From Macrostomum lignano (lineage: Eukaryota): a stretch of DNA of 64,000 bases. Shown piece by piece: positions 47,400 to 60,717 of this stretch. The stretch's first letter is position 1. Each line of letters opens with the position of its first letter. Under the pieces are notes generated by a model. That model did not search any database. It saw nothing but the letters and a program-made list of their open reading frames with translations, and was not told the origin of the DNA. Location of the stretch: contig NIVC01000172.1 of assembly GCA_002269645.1 (NCBI GenBank), positions 86,558 through 150,557 of the forward strand, given 5' to 3'. The translations under genes were made by a program, and so were the position numbers.

Positions 47400-49545
47400 A
47401 GTAAATGAATAAACAACTGAAAAGCGGATTTGTTACACTGCTAATGTATCTGATTCAGTTTGTTTAACTGTTTTAGCTATTCATGACTTCATATATTTTA
47501 GCTACACCAGTGAGTTCTTTTCTGACTCTTTTCATTTGTAGCATATCCTATCTTGTGTATTTGATTGCTATTTAAGAGGTATTGACAGAAGTATTTTTTC
47601 CTGATCTCTTCAGTTTGTGGACATTCGGTCAAGTAGTGTAGAATGTCAGAACCATTTCGCGCTCCACACATTTTACATGGTTCTTGAGAAAAAAAGTTGG
47701 GTGTAATCTCGCATTTCAGTTTTAGGAGGGTTGTTAAGAATTTTTTGTTTCTAAATGTACATGGAAAGAAATCTGAAAGGTCGGGCCTGCAGATTTTTTT
47801 GTAGAGATAGGCGTTTTTGTAGAGTTTAATATGTTGCTGATTCTCTAGCTTTTGGCTAAGTTCTCTTTCTCTGTGTATCTTGAGGTGCTTTTTCACTAGG
47901 TATTTCTCGTATTAAAGCTTTGGGAAAGTTTATCTTCAGTTAGTACTTTTAGGTCTATACTTTCTAGTTTCTTTAGTACATTCATTTTCCATGGATTTTT
48001 TTGGCCGGTGTTTGAGTGGAAAATTTCTAGAGTCGTTTGGCAGAGTTTTTTGTGTCTAATCTTCAGCCAGTAGATGAGGTAGGTTTTAGCGATTCGTTGA
48101 GAGATTGGAGTAAGCTCAAGTTCTGGTGATATCACACTGTTGCTAGCAAATTTTGGTAGATTGAGGAGATATTTGTAGAATTTCAGCTGAATATTATCAA
48201 TAGCTTTTGTATCAGACATGGTAGCCAGAGGGCCCCAGAGCTCACAACCGTAAGTGATAACGGGGGTAACAAGCGCGTCAAATAGTCTGCGAATGAGTGT
48301 GATGTCTAGGGACGTATTCTTTACCCTATGGAGTAGGGAAAACATGGCTGTATATCCCTGCTTAGTTTGGTGTTCAATACATTTTTTAAAGCTGTTTTTT
48401 GGTTCAAAAATAATTCCCAGGTATTTAAATTCATTTACTTCCTCTATTTCTTGGTTGTCGTAGTATATTTTTGTAGCAATGCTATCTGTGTCGTTTTTTT
48501 GTCTGGTATTGCCCTGCATAAACTTTGTTTTGCTTGCGTTTACTTTCAAGTAACTTTGTTTGCAGTAATTTTCCATAGTCATAAATGTGTCTTGAAGTTC
48601 GTCTTTGTTTTTAGCTAGAATGGCTTGATCGTCTGCAAAGAGTAGGATGAGTGGGAAAGCAGATCTCGTAAGAGAGCGCCTAGCGCTAGAGAGTTCAAGA
48701 TATTCAACAATGTCGTCAATATATAGTTCAAAAAGGATGGTAGAGAGAGGGTTGCCTTGAAGAACACCTTTAGATATTGGGATTGGCTGGGTTTCATCAT
48801 CATCATCATCTTTTTTTAGAGTGAAGCAGGCATTTTTATGCATGTTCTTGATAAGTTCCGTCATTTGACCTTTAATACCCTGATTATCCGTTTTGCACCA
48901 AAGGGTCGGTTGATTTAAGCTATCGAAGGCTTTTTCATAGTCAACAAATCCAATAAAGAGTTCTTCTTTGTTGTAGATGGATTGGTTTATAATGTTGTAA
49001 AGATTAAAACATTGGTCGATTGTGCTGTGATTGGGCTTGAAACCGTATTGGTATTTTGATATAAGATTGTTTGCGTATGCTAGGTTTTCGAGTCTGGATT
49101 TAATAATTTGGCAAAAGAGCTTGCCAAGAATTGGTTGAATGCAGATTCCTCTGTAATTGTTGGGGTCGGCACTGCTGCCTTTGTTTTTATAAATCGGATG
49201 AAGTGTATTTGTTATCCAACTAGTTGGGAAGGTTCCTTGTTTGAGTGCTTCGTTGAAAAGTGAGCATAGGAGGTCAGCAAGTTCGTTCTCGAGGTATTTG
49301 AGTGTTTCTACATATACTTTATCGTGCCCAGGTGCTTTGTCGGTTTTGAGCTTTTTAATATGTTTTATAACTTCTTCTTTGGTGAATGGGGCATTGAAAA
49401 CCTCTAAATCAGCCAGAATAGGGTTGTCAAGGTGAAGATTGTATGATGGTCTAATGCTGCTGTCTTGTTCAGTTACAAGATTTTGAAAGTGTATGATAAA
49501 TTTTTCATCAATTGTTACTCTGTTGTTTGAGGGATTAGGTGTTAA
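47400..49545 (-). mobile_element. LINE, 3' half (RT + CCHC), RTE-X/CR1-group-like
   Basis: By manual translation the frame is open from 49545 to 47896: KAPGHD, NYRGICI, QYGFK, FVDYEKAFDS, GVLQGNPLS, LLFADD, FKYLG, YGCELWG; a frameshift leads to CKMC...HYLTECP. Confidence 0.93.
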
Positions 49546-49768
49546 CTAGCAATCTACGCCCCCCGTTGGGGAGCCAAAGAAATGCAATACACGTTTTTTA
49601 ATAAGCTACATATATCCTTGAAATCTTAAAAAATCTCCTGTCAAACCTTGTAAGCCTTGACATGTCAATAATTCCCCCCCCACAAGCATTAACACATCAA
49701 CTTCCCCCCTTGACATCTCAGCAATGCCCCCAATAAGCCTTGGAAATCTAAAAAATCTGTCAACCTTC

Positions 49769-49829
49769 TAACCCTAACCCTACCCTAACCCTAACCCTAA
49801 CCCTAACCCTAACCCTAACCTAACCCTAA
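49769..49829. repeat. Interstitial telomeric tract, about (CCCTAA)10 with two variants
   Basis: Direct reading. Confidence 0.92.
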
Positions 49830-50699
49830 AGCATTGACATTTCAGTAATTCTCTCTAAGAGTCATTATAGCACTACTACAGCATTATAGCGATTCCCTGC
49901 AAGCCTCGACATCGTAGGGATTCCCAAATGAATCTCTTAACTTCGACATGAAGCTTCTTTTATTTTTTACATTACGCTTTTTTTATCAGCGATCCCTCCC
50001 CTGAGGAGGCATCAAATAATGCAATAAAAAGTTTTCAATAAACTACATGTAGACTTTAGCCTTGAAATCTCATTTATACCCCGTGAGCCTTGACATCTCA
50101 GCTATTCCCCCCGTAAGCCTTAACATGTCAGCGATAGCCCCCATAAACCTTGAAATCTAAAAAATCCCCTGTTATTCTGTTAACCTTGAAACCCGATAAA
50201 ATCTAACCCTCAACCCACACCTGACCTAAACCTAACTTTAACCCAACCTAAAGCCTTGAAATCTCAGCAATTCTTCTCCCCTAAGCCTTGACATTTTAGT
50301 GATTCCTTCTTTAAGAATCACAGAACTATAACGATTTCCACCTAGCTTTGACATCGTAGCAATTCCCAAATGAATCTTTTAACTTCGACATGACTTTTCT
50401 TTTATGTATACGTAGTGCTACTTTTATTTTTTACATGACTCTTCTTCTATCAGCGTCCCCCCCCGTGGCGAGCCAACAAAGAATGCAATAAAAAAATTGA
50501 GTAAAGTACATGAACTTTGAAGTAGCTTCTGACTTTTGCTTTGACATCTCAGAACCCCCCCCGTAATCTCAGTTATTCTCTGAGAGCCTTGACGTCTCAG
50601 TTTTTCTCCCCACCACAGCATTATAGCTGCATTTATTTTTACATGACACCCTTCATGTCTGACATGACGCTTCTTTTATTGTACCATGATGCTTCTTAA

Positions 50700-53600
50700 T
50701 TTTTTAAATGACACTCAATAGTTTTTAAATGAGGCTTCTATGATTTTTTCTTGACGCTTCTATGATTTTTAAATGACGCTTCTATGATTTTTTACATGAC
50801 GCTTCTATGATTTTTATATGACGCTTCTATGATTGTTTACATGACGCTTCAATGATTTTTTAAATGACGCTTCTATGATTTTTATATGACGCTTCTACGA
50901 TTTTTTACATGACGCTTCTATGATTGTTTACATGACGCTTCTATGACTTTTTACATGACGCTTCTACGATTTTTTACGTGACGCTTCTATGATTGTTTAC
51001 ATGACGCTTCTATGATTTTTTACATGACGCTTCTATGATTCATTACATGACGCTTCTATGATTTTTTACATGACGCTTCTATGATTCATTACATGACGGT
51101 TCTATGATTTTTTACATGACGCTTCTATGATTCATTACATGACGCTTCTATGATTTTTTACATGACGCTTCTATGATTGTTTACATGACGCTTCTATGAT
51201 TTTTATATGACGCTTCTACGATTTTTTACATGGTGCTTCTATGATTTTTTACATGACGCTTCTATGATTTTTTACATGACGCTTCTATGATTTTTTACAT
51301 GACGCTTCTATGATTTTTATATGACGCTTCTACGATTTTTTACATGGTGCTTCTATGATTTTTACATGACGCTTCTATGATTGTTTACATGACGCTTCTA
51401 TGAATTTTTACATGACGCTTCTATGATTTTTAAATGAGGCTTCTATGATTTTTTACATGACGCTTCTATGATTTTTATATGACGCTTCTATGATTTTATA
51501 TGACGCTTCTACGATTTTTTACATGGCGCTTTTATGATTGTTTACATGACGCTTCTATGATTTTTAAATGAGGCTTGTATTATTTTTTACTTGACGCTTC
51601 TATGATTGTTTACATGACGCTTCTATGATTGTTTACATGACGCTTCTTTGATTGTTTACATGACGCTTCTATGATTGTTTACATGACGCTTCTATGATTT
51701 TTTACATGACGCTTCTATGAATTTTTACATGACGCTTCTATGATTGTTTACATGACGCTTCTATGATTTTTTACATGACGCTTCTATGATTGTTTACATG
51801 ACGCTTCTATGATTGTTTACATGACGCTTCTATGATTTTTTACATGACGCTTCTATGATTTTTTAAATGACGCTTCTATGATTTTTTCATGACGCTGCTA
51901 CGATTTTTTACATGACGCTTCTATGATTGTTTACATCACGCTTTTGTGATTTTTACATGACGCTTCTATGATTTTTAAAATGACGCTTCTATGATTGTTT
52001 ACATGACGCTTCTATGATTGTTTACATGACGCTTCTACGATTTTTTACATGGTGCTTCTATGATTTTTTACATGACGCTTCTATGATTGTTTACATGACG
52101 CTTCTTTGATTGTTTACATGACGCTTCTATGATTTTTAAATGAGGCTTCTATGAATTTTTACATGACGCTTCTATGACTTTTAAATGAGGCTTCTATGAT
52201 TTTTTACATGACGCTTCTATGATTTTTTAAATGACGCTTCTATGATTGTTTACATCACGCTTTTGTGATTTTTACATGACGCTTCTATGATTTTTAAAAT
52301 GACGCTTCTATGATTGTTTACATGACGCTTCTATGATTGTTTACATGACGCTTCTATAATTTTTTTAAATGACGCTTCTATGATTTTTTACATGACGCTT
52401 CTATGATTGTTTACATGACGCTTCTAGGATTTTTGACATGACGCTTCTATGATTGTTTACATGACGCTTCTATGAATTTTTACAAGACGCTTCTATGATT
52501 TTTTAAATGACGCTTCTATGATTGTTTACATGACGCTTCTATGATTGTTTACATGACGCTTTAATGATTTTTTAAATGACGCTTCTATGATTTTTATATG
52601 ACGCTTCTACGATTTTTTACATGACACTTCTATGATTGTTTACATGACGCTTCTATGACTTTTTACATGACGCTTCTACGATTGTTTACATGACGCTTCT
52701 ATGATTGTTTACATGACGCTTCAATGATTTTTTAAATGACGCTTCTATGATTTTTATATGACGCTTCTACGATTTTTTACATGACGCTTCTATGATTGTT
52801 TACATGACGCTTCTATGACTTTTACATGACGCTTCTACGATTTTTTACGTGACGCTTCTATGATTGTTTACATGACGCTTCTATGATTTTTTACATGACG
52901 CTTCTATGATTGTTTACATGACGCTTCTATGATTGTTTACATGACGCTTCTACGATTTTTTACATGGTGCTTCTATGATTTTTTACATGACGCTTCTATG
53001 ATTTTTAAAATGACGCTTCTATGATTGTTTACATGACGCTTCTATGATTTTTATATGACGCTTCTACGATTTTTTACATGGTGCTTCTATGATTTTTTAC
53101 ATGACGCTTCTATGATTGTTTACATGACGCTTCTATGAATTTTTACATGACGCTTCTATGATTTTTAAATGAGGCTTTTATGAATTTTTACATGACGCTT
53201 CTATGATTTTTAAATGAGGCTTCTATGATTTTTTACATGACGCTTCTATGATTTTTTAAATGACGCTTCTAGATTGTTTACATCACGCTTTTGTGATTTT
53301 TACATGACGCTTCTATGATTTTTAAAATGACGCTTCTATGATTGTTTACATGACGCTTCTATGATTGTTTACATGACGCTTCTACGATTTTTTACATAGT
53401 GCTTCTATGATTTTTTACATGACGCTTCTATGATTTTTTACATGACGCTTCTATGATTGTTTACATGACGCTTCTATGAATTTTTACATGACGCTTCTAT
53501 GATTTTTAAATGAGGCTTTTATGAATTTTTACATGACGCTTCTATGATTTTTAAATGAGGCTTCTATGATTTTTTACATGACGCTTCTATGATTTTTTAA

Positions 53601-55275
53601 ATGACGCTTCTAAGATTGTTTACATCACGCTTTTGTGATTTTTACATGACGCTTCTATGATTTTTAAAATGACGCTTCTATGATTGTTTACATGACGCTT
53701 CTACGATTTTTTACATGGTGCTTCTATGATTTTTACATGACGCTTCTATGATTTTTTACATGACGCTTCTATGATTGTTTACATGACGCTTCTATGATTT
53801 TTATATGACGCTTCTACGATTTTTTACATGGTGCTTCTATGATTTTTTACATGACGCTTCTATGATTGTTTACATGACGCTTCTATGAATTTTTACATGA
53901 CGCTTCTATGATTTTTAAATGAGGCTTCTATGATTTTTTACATGACGCTTCTATGATTTTTTAAATGACGCTTCTAAGATTGTTTACATCACGCTTTTGT
54001 GATTTTTACATGACGCTTCTATGATTTTTAAAATGACGCTTCTATGATTGTTTACATGACGCTTCTACGATTTTTTACATGGTGCTTCTATGATTTTTAC
54101 ATGACGCTTCTATGATTTTTTACATGACGCTTCTATGATTGTTTACATGACGCTTCTATGATTTTTATATGACGCTTCTACGATTTTTTACATGGTGCTT
54201 CTATGATTTTTTACATGACGCTTCTATGATTGTTTACATGACGCTTCTATGAATTTTTACATGACGCTTCTATGATTTTTAAATGAGGCTTCTATGAATT
54301 TTTACGTGACGCTTCTATGATTTTTAAATGAGGCTTCTATGATTTTTTACATGACGCTTCTATGATTTTTTAAATGACGCTTCTATGATTGTTTACATCA
54401 CGCTTTTGTGATTTTTACATGACGCTTCTATGATTTTTAAATGAGGCTTCTATGATTTTTTACATGACGCTTCTATGATTTTTTAAATGACGCTTCTAAG
54501 ATTGTTTACATCACGCTTTTGTGATTTTTACATGACGCTTCTATGATTTTTAAAATGACGCTTCTATGATTGTTTACATGACGCTTCTACGATTTTTTAC
54601 ATGGTGCTTCTATGATTTTTACATGACGCTTCTATGATTTTTTACATGACGCTTCTATGATTGTTTACATGACGCTTCTATGATTTTTATATGACGCTTC
54701 TACGATTTTTTACATGGTGCTTCTATGATTTTTTACATGACGCTTCTATGATTGTTTACATGACGCTTCTATGAATTTTTACATGACGCTTCTATGATTT
54801 TTAAATGAGGCTTCTATGATTTTTTACATGACGCTTCTATGATTTTTTAAATGACGCTTCTATGATTGTTTACATCACGCTTTTGTGATTTTTTACATGA
54901 CGCTTCTATGATTTTTAAAATGACGCTTCTATGATTGTTTACATGACGCTTCTATGATTGTTTACATGACGCTTCTATAATTTTTTTAAATGACGCTTCT
55001 ATGATTTTTTACATGACGCTTCTATGATTGTTTACATGACGCTTCTAGGATTTTTGACATGACGCTTCTATGATTTTTTAAATGACGCTTCTATGATTGT
55101 TTACATGACGCTTCTATGATTGTTTACATGACGCTTCTATGATTTTTACATGACGCTTCTACGATTTTTATATAACGCTTCTACGATTTTTTACATGGCG
55201 CTTCTATGATTGTTTACATGACGCTTCTATGATTTTTTACATGACGCTTCTATGATTTTTACATGACGCTTCTTT
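50700..55275. repeat. 22-23-bp satellite, about 4.6 kb
   Basis: TT(T/G)TTTACATGACGCTTCTATGA with recurring variant blocks. Confidence 0.97.
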
Positions 55276-55336
55276 TTAAAAAGTCTTTTAGTTTTCCTGA
55301 CGTTGAAAAGCTTTAATTAAAAAAATTATACTCTAT

Positions 55337-55402
55337 GAAAATTCGAACCATCGTCGCTGAATTTAGCAGTTCAGTTTGTTCACCTCTAGGCTAGCTCTCA
55401 TC
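55337..55402 (-). promoter_or_regulatory. tRNA-like Pol III A/B-box cassette
   Basis: GAGAGCTAGCCTAGAGG...GATGGTTCGAATTTT. Confidence 0.55.
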
Positions 55403-56235
55403 GTTTGGATAACATCAAATTTTGCACTTATATAATTCAACACTTTAAAATCCAAGCATAGAGTAAATCACACGAAGCAGTTATGACATAATCAGTTTCT
55501 CAGTCAGTCAGTATCAGTTAACAATATGGTTACGCAATTTAAATCAAGTCTGGTGCTACGCTTCCACACTGCATTTTCAATTCAAGTCGGAGTTACAATT
55601 CAGTTATGATGCAATCTATTTCAGAATCAGAATTCAACCAGTCAGTTTTTTCTCTAGCATTCTTACAATGCATTTCAAGTCAAAAAGTTTGCTTGACCTT
55701 TGCAAAAAAGCATGTTTTTCGAATATTTAATGCCTTTAGCATCGAGCAATTTCTTAGCCACGATGCATGTACAGTCACGGGAAAATTTCTGATCGAACAG
55801 TGCAAGTTCGAACAAAATCGGTCCAGCCATTTTTTCTCTAATCTATCACATATATATAGACATCACATTTTTAGTATATAGGACTAGCAATCTAGCGCCC
55901 CCCTTCGGGGTGGCCAATAAGCAAGGGACGAATCCTTTAAAATGAAAAAAAATTCTTAGGGAGGGGGGCTAGGAATCGAATTCTCATTTTAATTCCAGGC
56001 TTATGTACCAATAAAACATGTTTGTGCAGAATTTTATAACAGACATTGAAATTCAACCATACTTGCCTTCTTTCAGAGCTACTTCTACCAGTATGCTTCA
56101 GTACGCTACCAGTACCCTTGTAAGCCTTGACATGTCAGCAATCCCCCCCCACAAGCCTTAACATATCAACTCCCCCCTTGACATCTCAGCGATGCTCCCA
56201 TAAGCCTTGAAATCTTAAAAAATCTGTCTACTTTC

Positions 56236-56274
56236 TAACCCTAACCCTAACCCTAACCCTAACCCTAACCCTAA
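56236..56274. repeat. Interstitial telomeric tract (CCCTAA)6
   Basis: Direct reading; homologous position to 49769. Confidence 0.92.
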
Positions 56275-57224
56275 AGCATTGAAATTTCAGTAATTCTCTC
56301 TAAGAGTCTATAGCACTACTACAGCATTATAGCGATTCCCTGCAAGCCTCAACATCGTAGGGATTCCCAAATGAATCTCTTAACTTCGACATGAAGCTTC
56401 TTTTTTTTACATTACGCTTTTTCTATCAGCGATCCCTCCCGTGAGGAGCCAACAAATAATGTAATAACTTTTTTCCAATAAACTACATGTAGCTTCTGAC
56501 ATTAGCCTTGACATCTCATTTATTCCCCCGTGAGCCTTGACATCTCAGCTATAGATAGATAGATAGATTCCCCTCGTAAGCCTTGACATGTCAGCGATGC
56601 CCCCCATAAACCTTGAAATCTAAAAAATCCCCTGTTAACCTTGAAACGCGCTAAAATCTAACCCTCAACCCAAACCTGACGTAAACCTAACTTTCACCCA
56701 ACCTAAAGCCTTGAAATCACAGCAATTCTTCTTCCCTAAGCCTTGGCATTAAGTGATTCCTTCTTTAAGAATCACAGCACTATAACGATTCCCTCCAAGC
56801 TTTGACATCGTAGCAATTCCCAAATGAATCTTTTAACTTTGACATGACTTTTATTTTATGTATACATAGTGCTCCTTTTATTTTTACATGACTCTTCTTC
56901 TATCAGCGCCCCCCCCCCACCGTGGCAAGCCAACAAAGAATGCAATAAAAAAACTTAAGTAAAGTACATGTACTTTGAAGTAGCTTCTGACTTTTGCTTT
57001 AACATCTCAGAAACCCCCCTGTAATCTCAGTTATTCTCTGTGAGCCTTGACGTCTCAGTGATTCTCCCCAGCACAGCACTATAGCTTCATTTAATTTTTA
57101 TGACACTTGTTTCATGTCTGACATGACGCTTCTTTTGATTTTTACGTTACGCTTCTTTTATTCTTCCATGATGCTTCTTAATTTTTTAAATGACACACTT
57201 TCATTAGTTTTTATATGAGGCTTC

Positions 57225-57897
57225 TATGATTTTTTCATGACGCTTCTATGTTAACATGACGCTTCTATGCTTGTTTACATGACGCTTGTATGATTGTTTA
57301 CATGACGCTTCTATGATTGTTTACATGACGCTTGTATGATTGTTTACATGACGCTTCTATGATTTTTTACATGACGCTTCTATGATTTTTACATGACGCT
57401 TCTATGCTTGTTTACATGACGCTTCTATGATTTTTTCATGACGCTTCTATGATTTTTACATGACGCTTCTATGATTTTTACATGACGCTTCTATGATTTT
57501 TACATGACGCTTCTATGATTGTTTACATGACGCTTCTATGATTGTTTACATGACGCTTCTATGATTGTTTACATGACGCTTCTATGATTGTTTACATGAC
57601 GCTTCTATGATTTTTACATGACGCTTCTATGATTTTTACATGACGCTTCTACGATTTTTTACATGGCGCTTTTATGATTGTTTACATGACGCTTCTATGA
57701 TTTTTTTACATGACGCTTCTATGATTTTTACATGACGCTTCTATGATTTTTACATGACGCTTCTATGATTTTTACATGACGCTTCTATGATTTTTACATG
57801 ACGCTTCTATGATTTTTACATGACGCTTCTATGATTTTTACATGACGCTTCTATGATTTTTACATGACGCTTCTATGATTTTTACATGACGCTTCCA
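57225..57897. repeat. 22-23-bp satellite, short array
   Basis: Same unit as 50700-55275. Confidence 0.95.
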
Positions 57898-57952
57898 TAA
57901 TTTTTTTTGTCTTGGCGTTAAAAAGCTTTAATTAAAAAAACTCTACTCTCTA

Positions 57953-58016
57953 AAAATTCGAACCATCGTCCCTGCATTTAGCAGTTTAGTCTGTTTACCT
58001 CTAGGCTAGCTCTCAT
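57953..58016 (-). promoter_or_regulatory. tRNA-like Pol III A/B-box cassette
   Basis: GAGAGCTAGCCTAGAGG...GATGGTTCGAATTTTT. Confidence 0.55.
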
Positions 58017-58054
58017 GAATTTTAGTCATTACCCCTAAATAGAAAATATTTCCA

Positions 58055-58290
58055 AGACAGCAAGCATCCCCCCAGTAGCAAGCATCCCCTAATACTCCTA
58101 CCAAGCATCCACCCAGATAGCAAGCATCTGCAGATAGCAAGCATCTGCAGATAGCAAGCATCTTGCAGATAGCAAGCATCTTGCAGATAGCAAGCATACC
58201 CCAAATAATGTAGAAGCATCCTTCCAGATAGCAAGCATCCTGCACATAGCAAGAATCCCTAAATAGCAAGCATCCCTGGATAAAAGTAAT
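58055..58290. repeat. 16-17-bp minisatellite
   Basis: CAGATAGCAAGCATC(C/T); same family as 13440-13550 and 39850-40370. Confidence 0.9.
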
Positions 58291-58314
58291 CCTATACATG
58301 TAGCCAAGCTTATC

Positions 58315-60582
58315 AAGCGCAGTAATCCTTGGCTATCGAGTGCAGTAATCCTTGGTTTATTAATAGCAATAATCCATGGCTTATCGAGTGCAGTAATTCT
58401 TGGTTTGCCAAGTGCAGTAAGTAATCCTTGGTTTATTAATAGCAATAATCCATGGCTTATGAGTGCAGTAATCCTTGGTTTATTAATAGCAATATTCCTT
58501 GGCTTATCGAGTGCAGTAATTCATGGTTTATTAATAGCAATAATCCTTGGCTTATCGAGTGCAGTAATCCTTGGTTTATTAATAGCAATAATCCTTGGCT
58601 TATCGAGTGCAGTAATCCTTGGTTTATTAATAGCAATAATCCATGCCTTATCGAGTGCAGTAATCCTTGGTTTATTAATAGCAATAATCCTTGGCTTATC
58701 GAGTGCAGTAATCCTTGGTTTATTAATAGCAATAATCCTTGGCTTATCGAGTGCAGTAATCCTTGGTTTATTAATAGCAATAATCCTTGATTAATCAAGT
58801 GCAGTAATCCTTGGTTTGCCAAGAGCAATAGTCCTTGGTTTATTGAGTGCAGTAATCCTTGGTTTATTAATAGCAATAATCCTTGGCTTATCGAGTGCAG
58901 TAATCCTTGGTTTGCCAAGTGCATAATCCTTGGTTTATTAATAGCAATAATCCTTGGTTTATCGAGTGCAGTAATCCTTGGTTTATTAATAGCAATAATC
59001 CTTGGCTTATCGAGTGCAGTAATCCTTGGTTTATTAATAGCAATAATCCTTGGTTTATCGAGTGCAGTAATCCTTGGTTTATTAATAGCAATAATCCTTG
59101 GCTTATCGAGTGCAGTAATCCTTGGTTTATTAATAGCAATAATCCATGGCTTATCGAGTGCAGTAATCCTTGGTTTGCCAAGAGCAATAGTCCTTGGCTT
59201 ATCGAGTGCAGTAATCCTTGGTTTATTAATAGCAATAGTCCTTGGTTTATTGAGTGCAGTAATCCTTGGTTTATTATTAGCAATAATCCTTGGCTTATCG
59301 AGTGCAGTAATCCTTGGTTTGCCAAGTGCATAATCCTTGGTTTATTAATAGCAATAATCCTTGGTTTATTGAGTGCAGTAATCCTTGGTTTATTAATAGC
59401 AATAATCCTTGGCTTATCGAGTGCAGTAATCCTTGGTTTATTAATAGCAATAATCCATGGCTTATCGAGTGCAGTAATCCTTGGTTTGCCAAGAGCAATA
59501 GTCCTTGGCTTATCGAGTGCAGTAATCCTTGGTTTGCCAAGAGCAATAGTCCTTGGTTTATTGAGTGCAGTAATCCTTGGTTTATTAATAGCAATAGTCC
59601 TTGGTTTATTGAGTGCAGTAATCCTTGGTTTATTAATAGCAATAATCCTTGGCTTATCGAGTGCAGTAATCTTTGGTTTATTAATAGCAATAATCCTTGG
59701 CTTATCGAGTGCAGTAATCCTTGGTTTATTAATAGCAATAATCCTTGATTAATCAAGTGCAGTAATCCTTGGTTTGCCAAGAGCAATAGTCCTTGGTTTA
59801 TTGAGTGCAGTAATCCTTGGTTTATTAATAGCAATAATCCTTGGCTTATCGAGTGCAGTAATCCTTGGTTTGCCAAGTGCATAATCCTTGGTTTATTAAT
59901 AGCAATAATCCTTGGTTTATCGAGTGCAGTAATCCTTGGTTTATTAATAGCAATTATCCTTGGCTTATCGAGTGCAGTAATCCTTGGTTTATTAATAGCA
60001 ATAATCCATGGCTTATCGAGTGCAGTAATCCTTGGTTTGCCAAGAGCAATACTCCTTGGCTTATCGAGTGCAGTAATCCTTGGTTTATTAATAGCAATAG
60101 TCCTTGGTTTATTGAGTGCAGTAATCCTTGGTTTATTAATAGCAATAATCCTTGGCTTATCGAGTGCAGTAATCCTTGGTTTGCCAAGTGCATAATCCTT
60201 GGTTTATTAATAGCAATAATCCTTGGTTTATTGAGTGCAGTAATCCTTGGTTTATTAATAGCAATAATCCTTGGCTTATCGAGTGCAGTAATCCTTGGTT
60301 TATTAATAGCAATAATCCATGGCTTATCGAGTGCAGTAATCCTTGGTTTGCCAAGAGCAATAGTCCTTGGCTTATCGAGTGCAGTAATCCTTGGTTTGCC
60401 AAGAGCAATAGTCCTTGGTTTATTGAGTGCAGTAATCCTTGGTTTATTAATAGCAATAGTCCTTGGTTTATTGAGTGCAGTAATCCTTGGTTTATTAATA
60501 GCAATAATCCTTGGCTTATCGAGTGCAGTATTCCTTGGTTTGCCAAGAGCAATAATCCTTAGCTTATCGAGTGCAGTAATCT
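58315..60582. repeat. 48-bp (2x24) satellite, about 2.3 kb
   Basis: CAGTAATCCTTGGTTTATTAATAG + CAATAATCCTTGGCTTATCGAGTG. Confidence 0.97.
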
Positions 60583-60651
60583 AAGTGTTTTTATTTAGTC
60601 CTTTAATAAAAGCTTTTAATAAAAAATTTTACACTACTACTTTTAAACTAC

Positions 60652-60717
60652 TTAGATTCGAACCCAGGTCGCTGCATTAGCAGTCTGGTCTGCTCAGCTC
60701 TAGGCTAGCTCTCATCG
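60652..60717 (-). promoter_or_regulatory. tRNA-like Pol III A/B-box cassette
   Basis: GAGAGCTAGCCTAGAGC...AGACTGCTAATGCAGCGACCTGGGTTCGAATCT; no complete cloverleaf. Confidence 0.6.

Noticed and set aside
46750-47400. DNA transposon end with repeated CCATTTCGG motifs
   Set aside because: No matching opposite terminus or TSD in the window.
49769-49829. True chromosome end or fusion site
   Set aside because: Tracts are short, internal and at homologous positions in a repeat family.
58405-60584. Hydrophobic or Trp/Asn repeat ORFs
   Set aside because: Translations of the 48-bp satellite.
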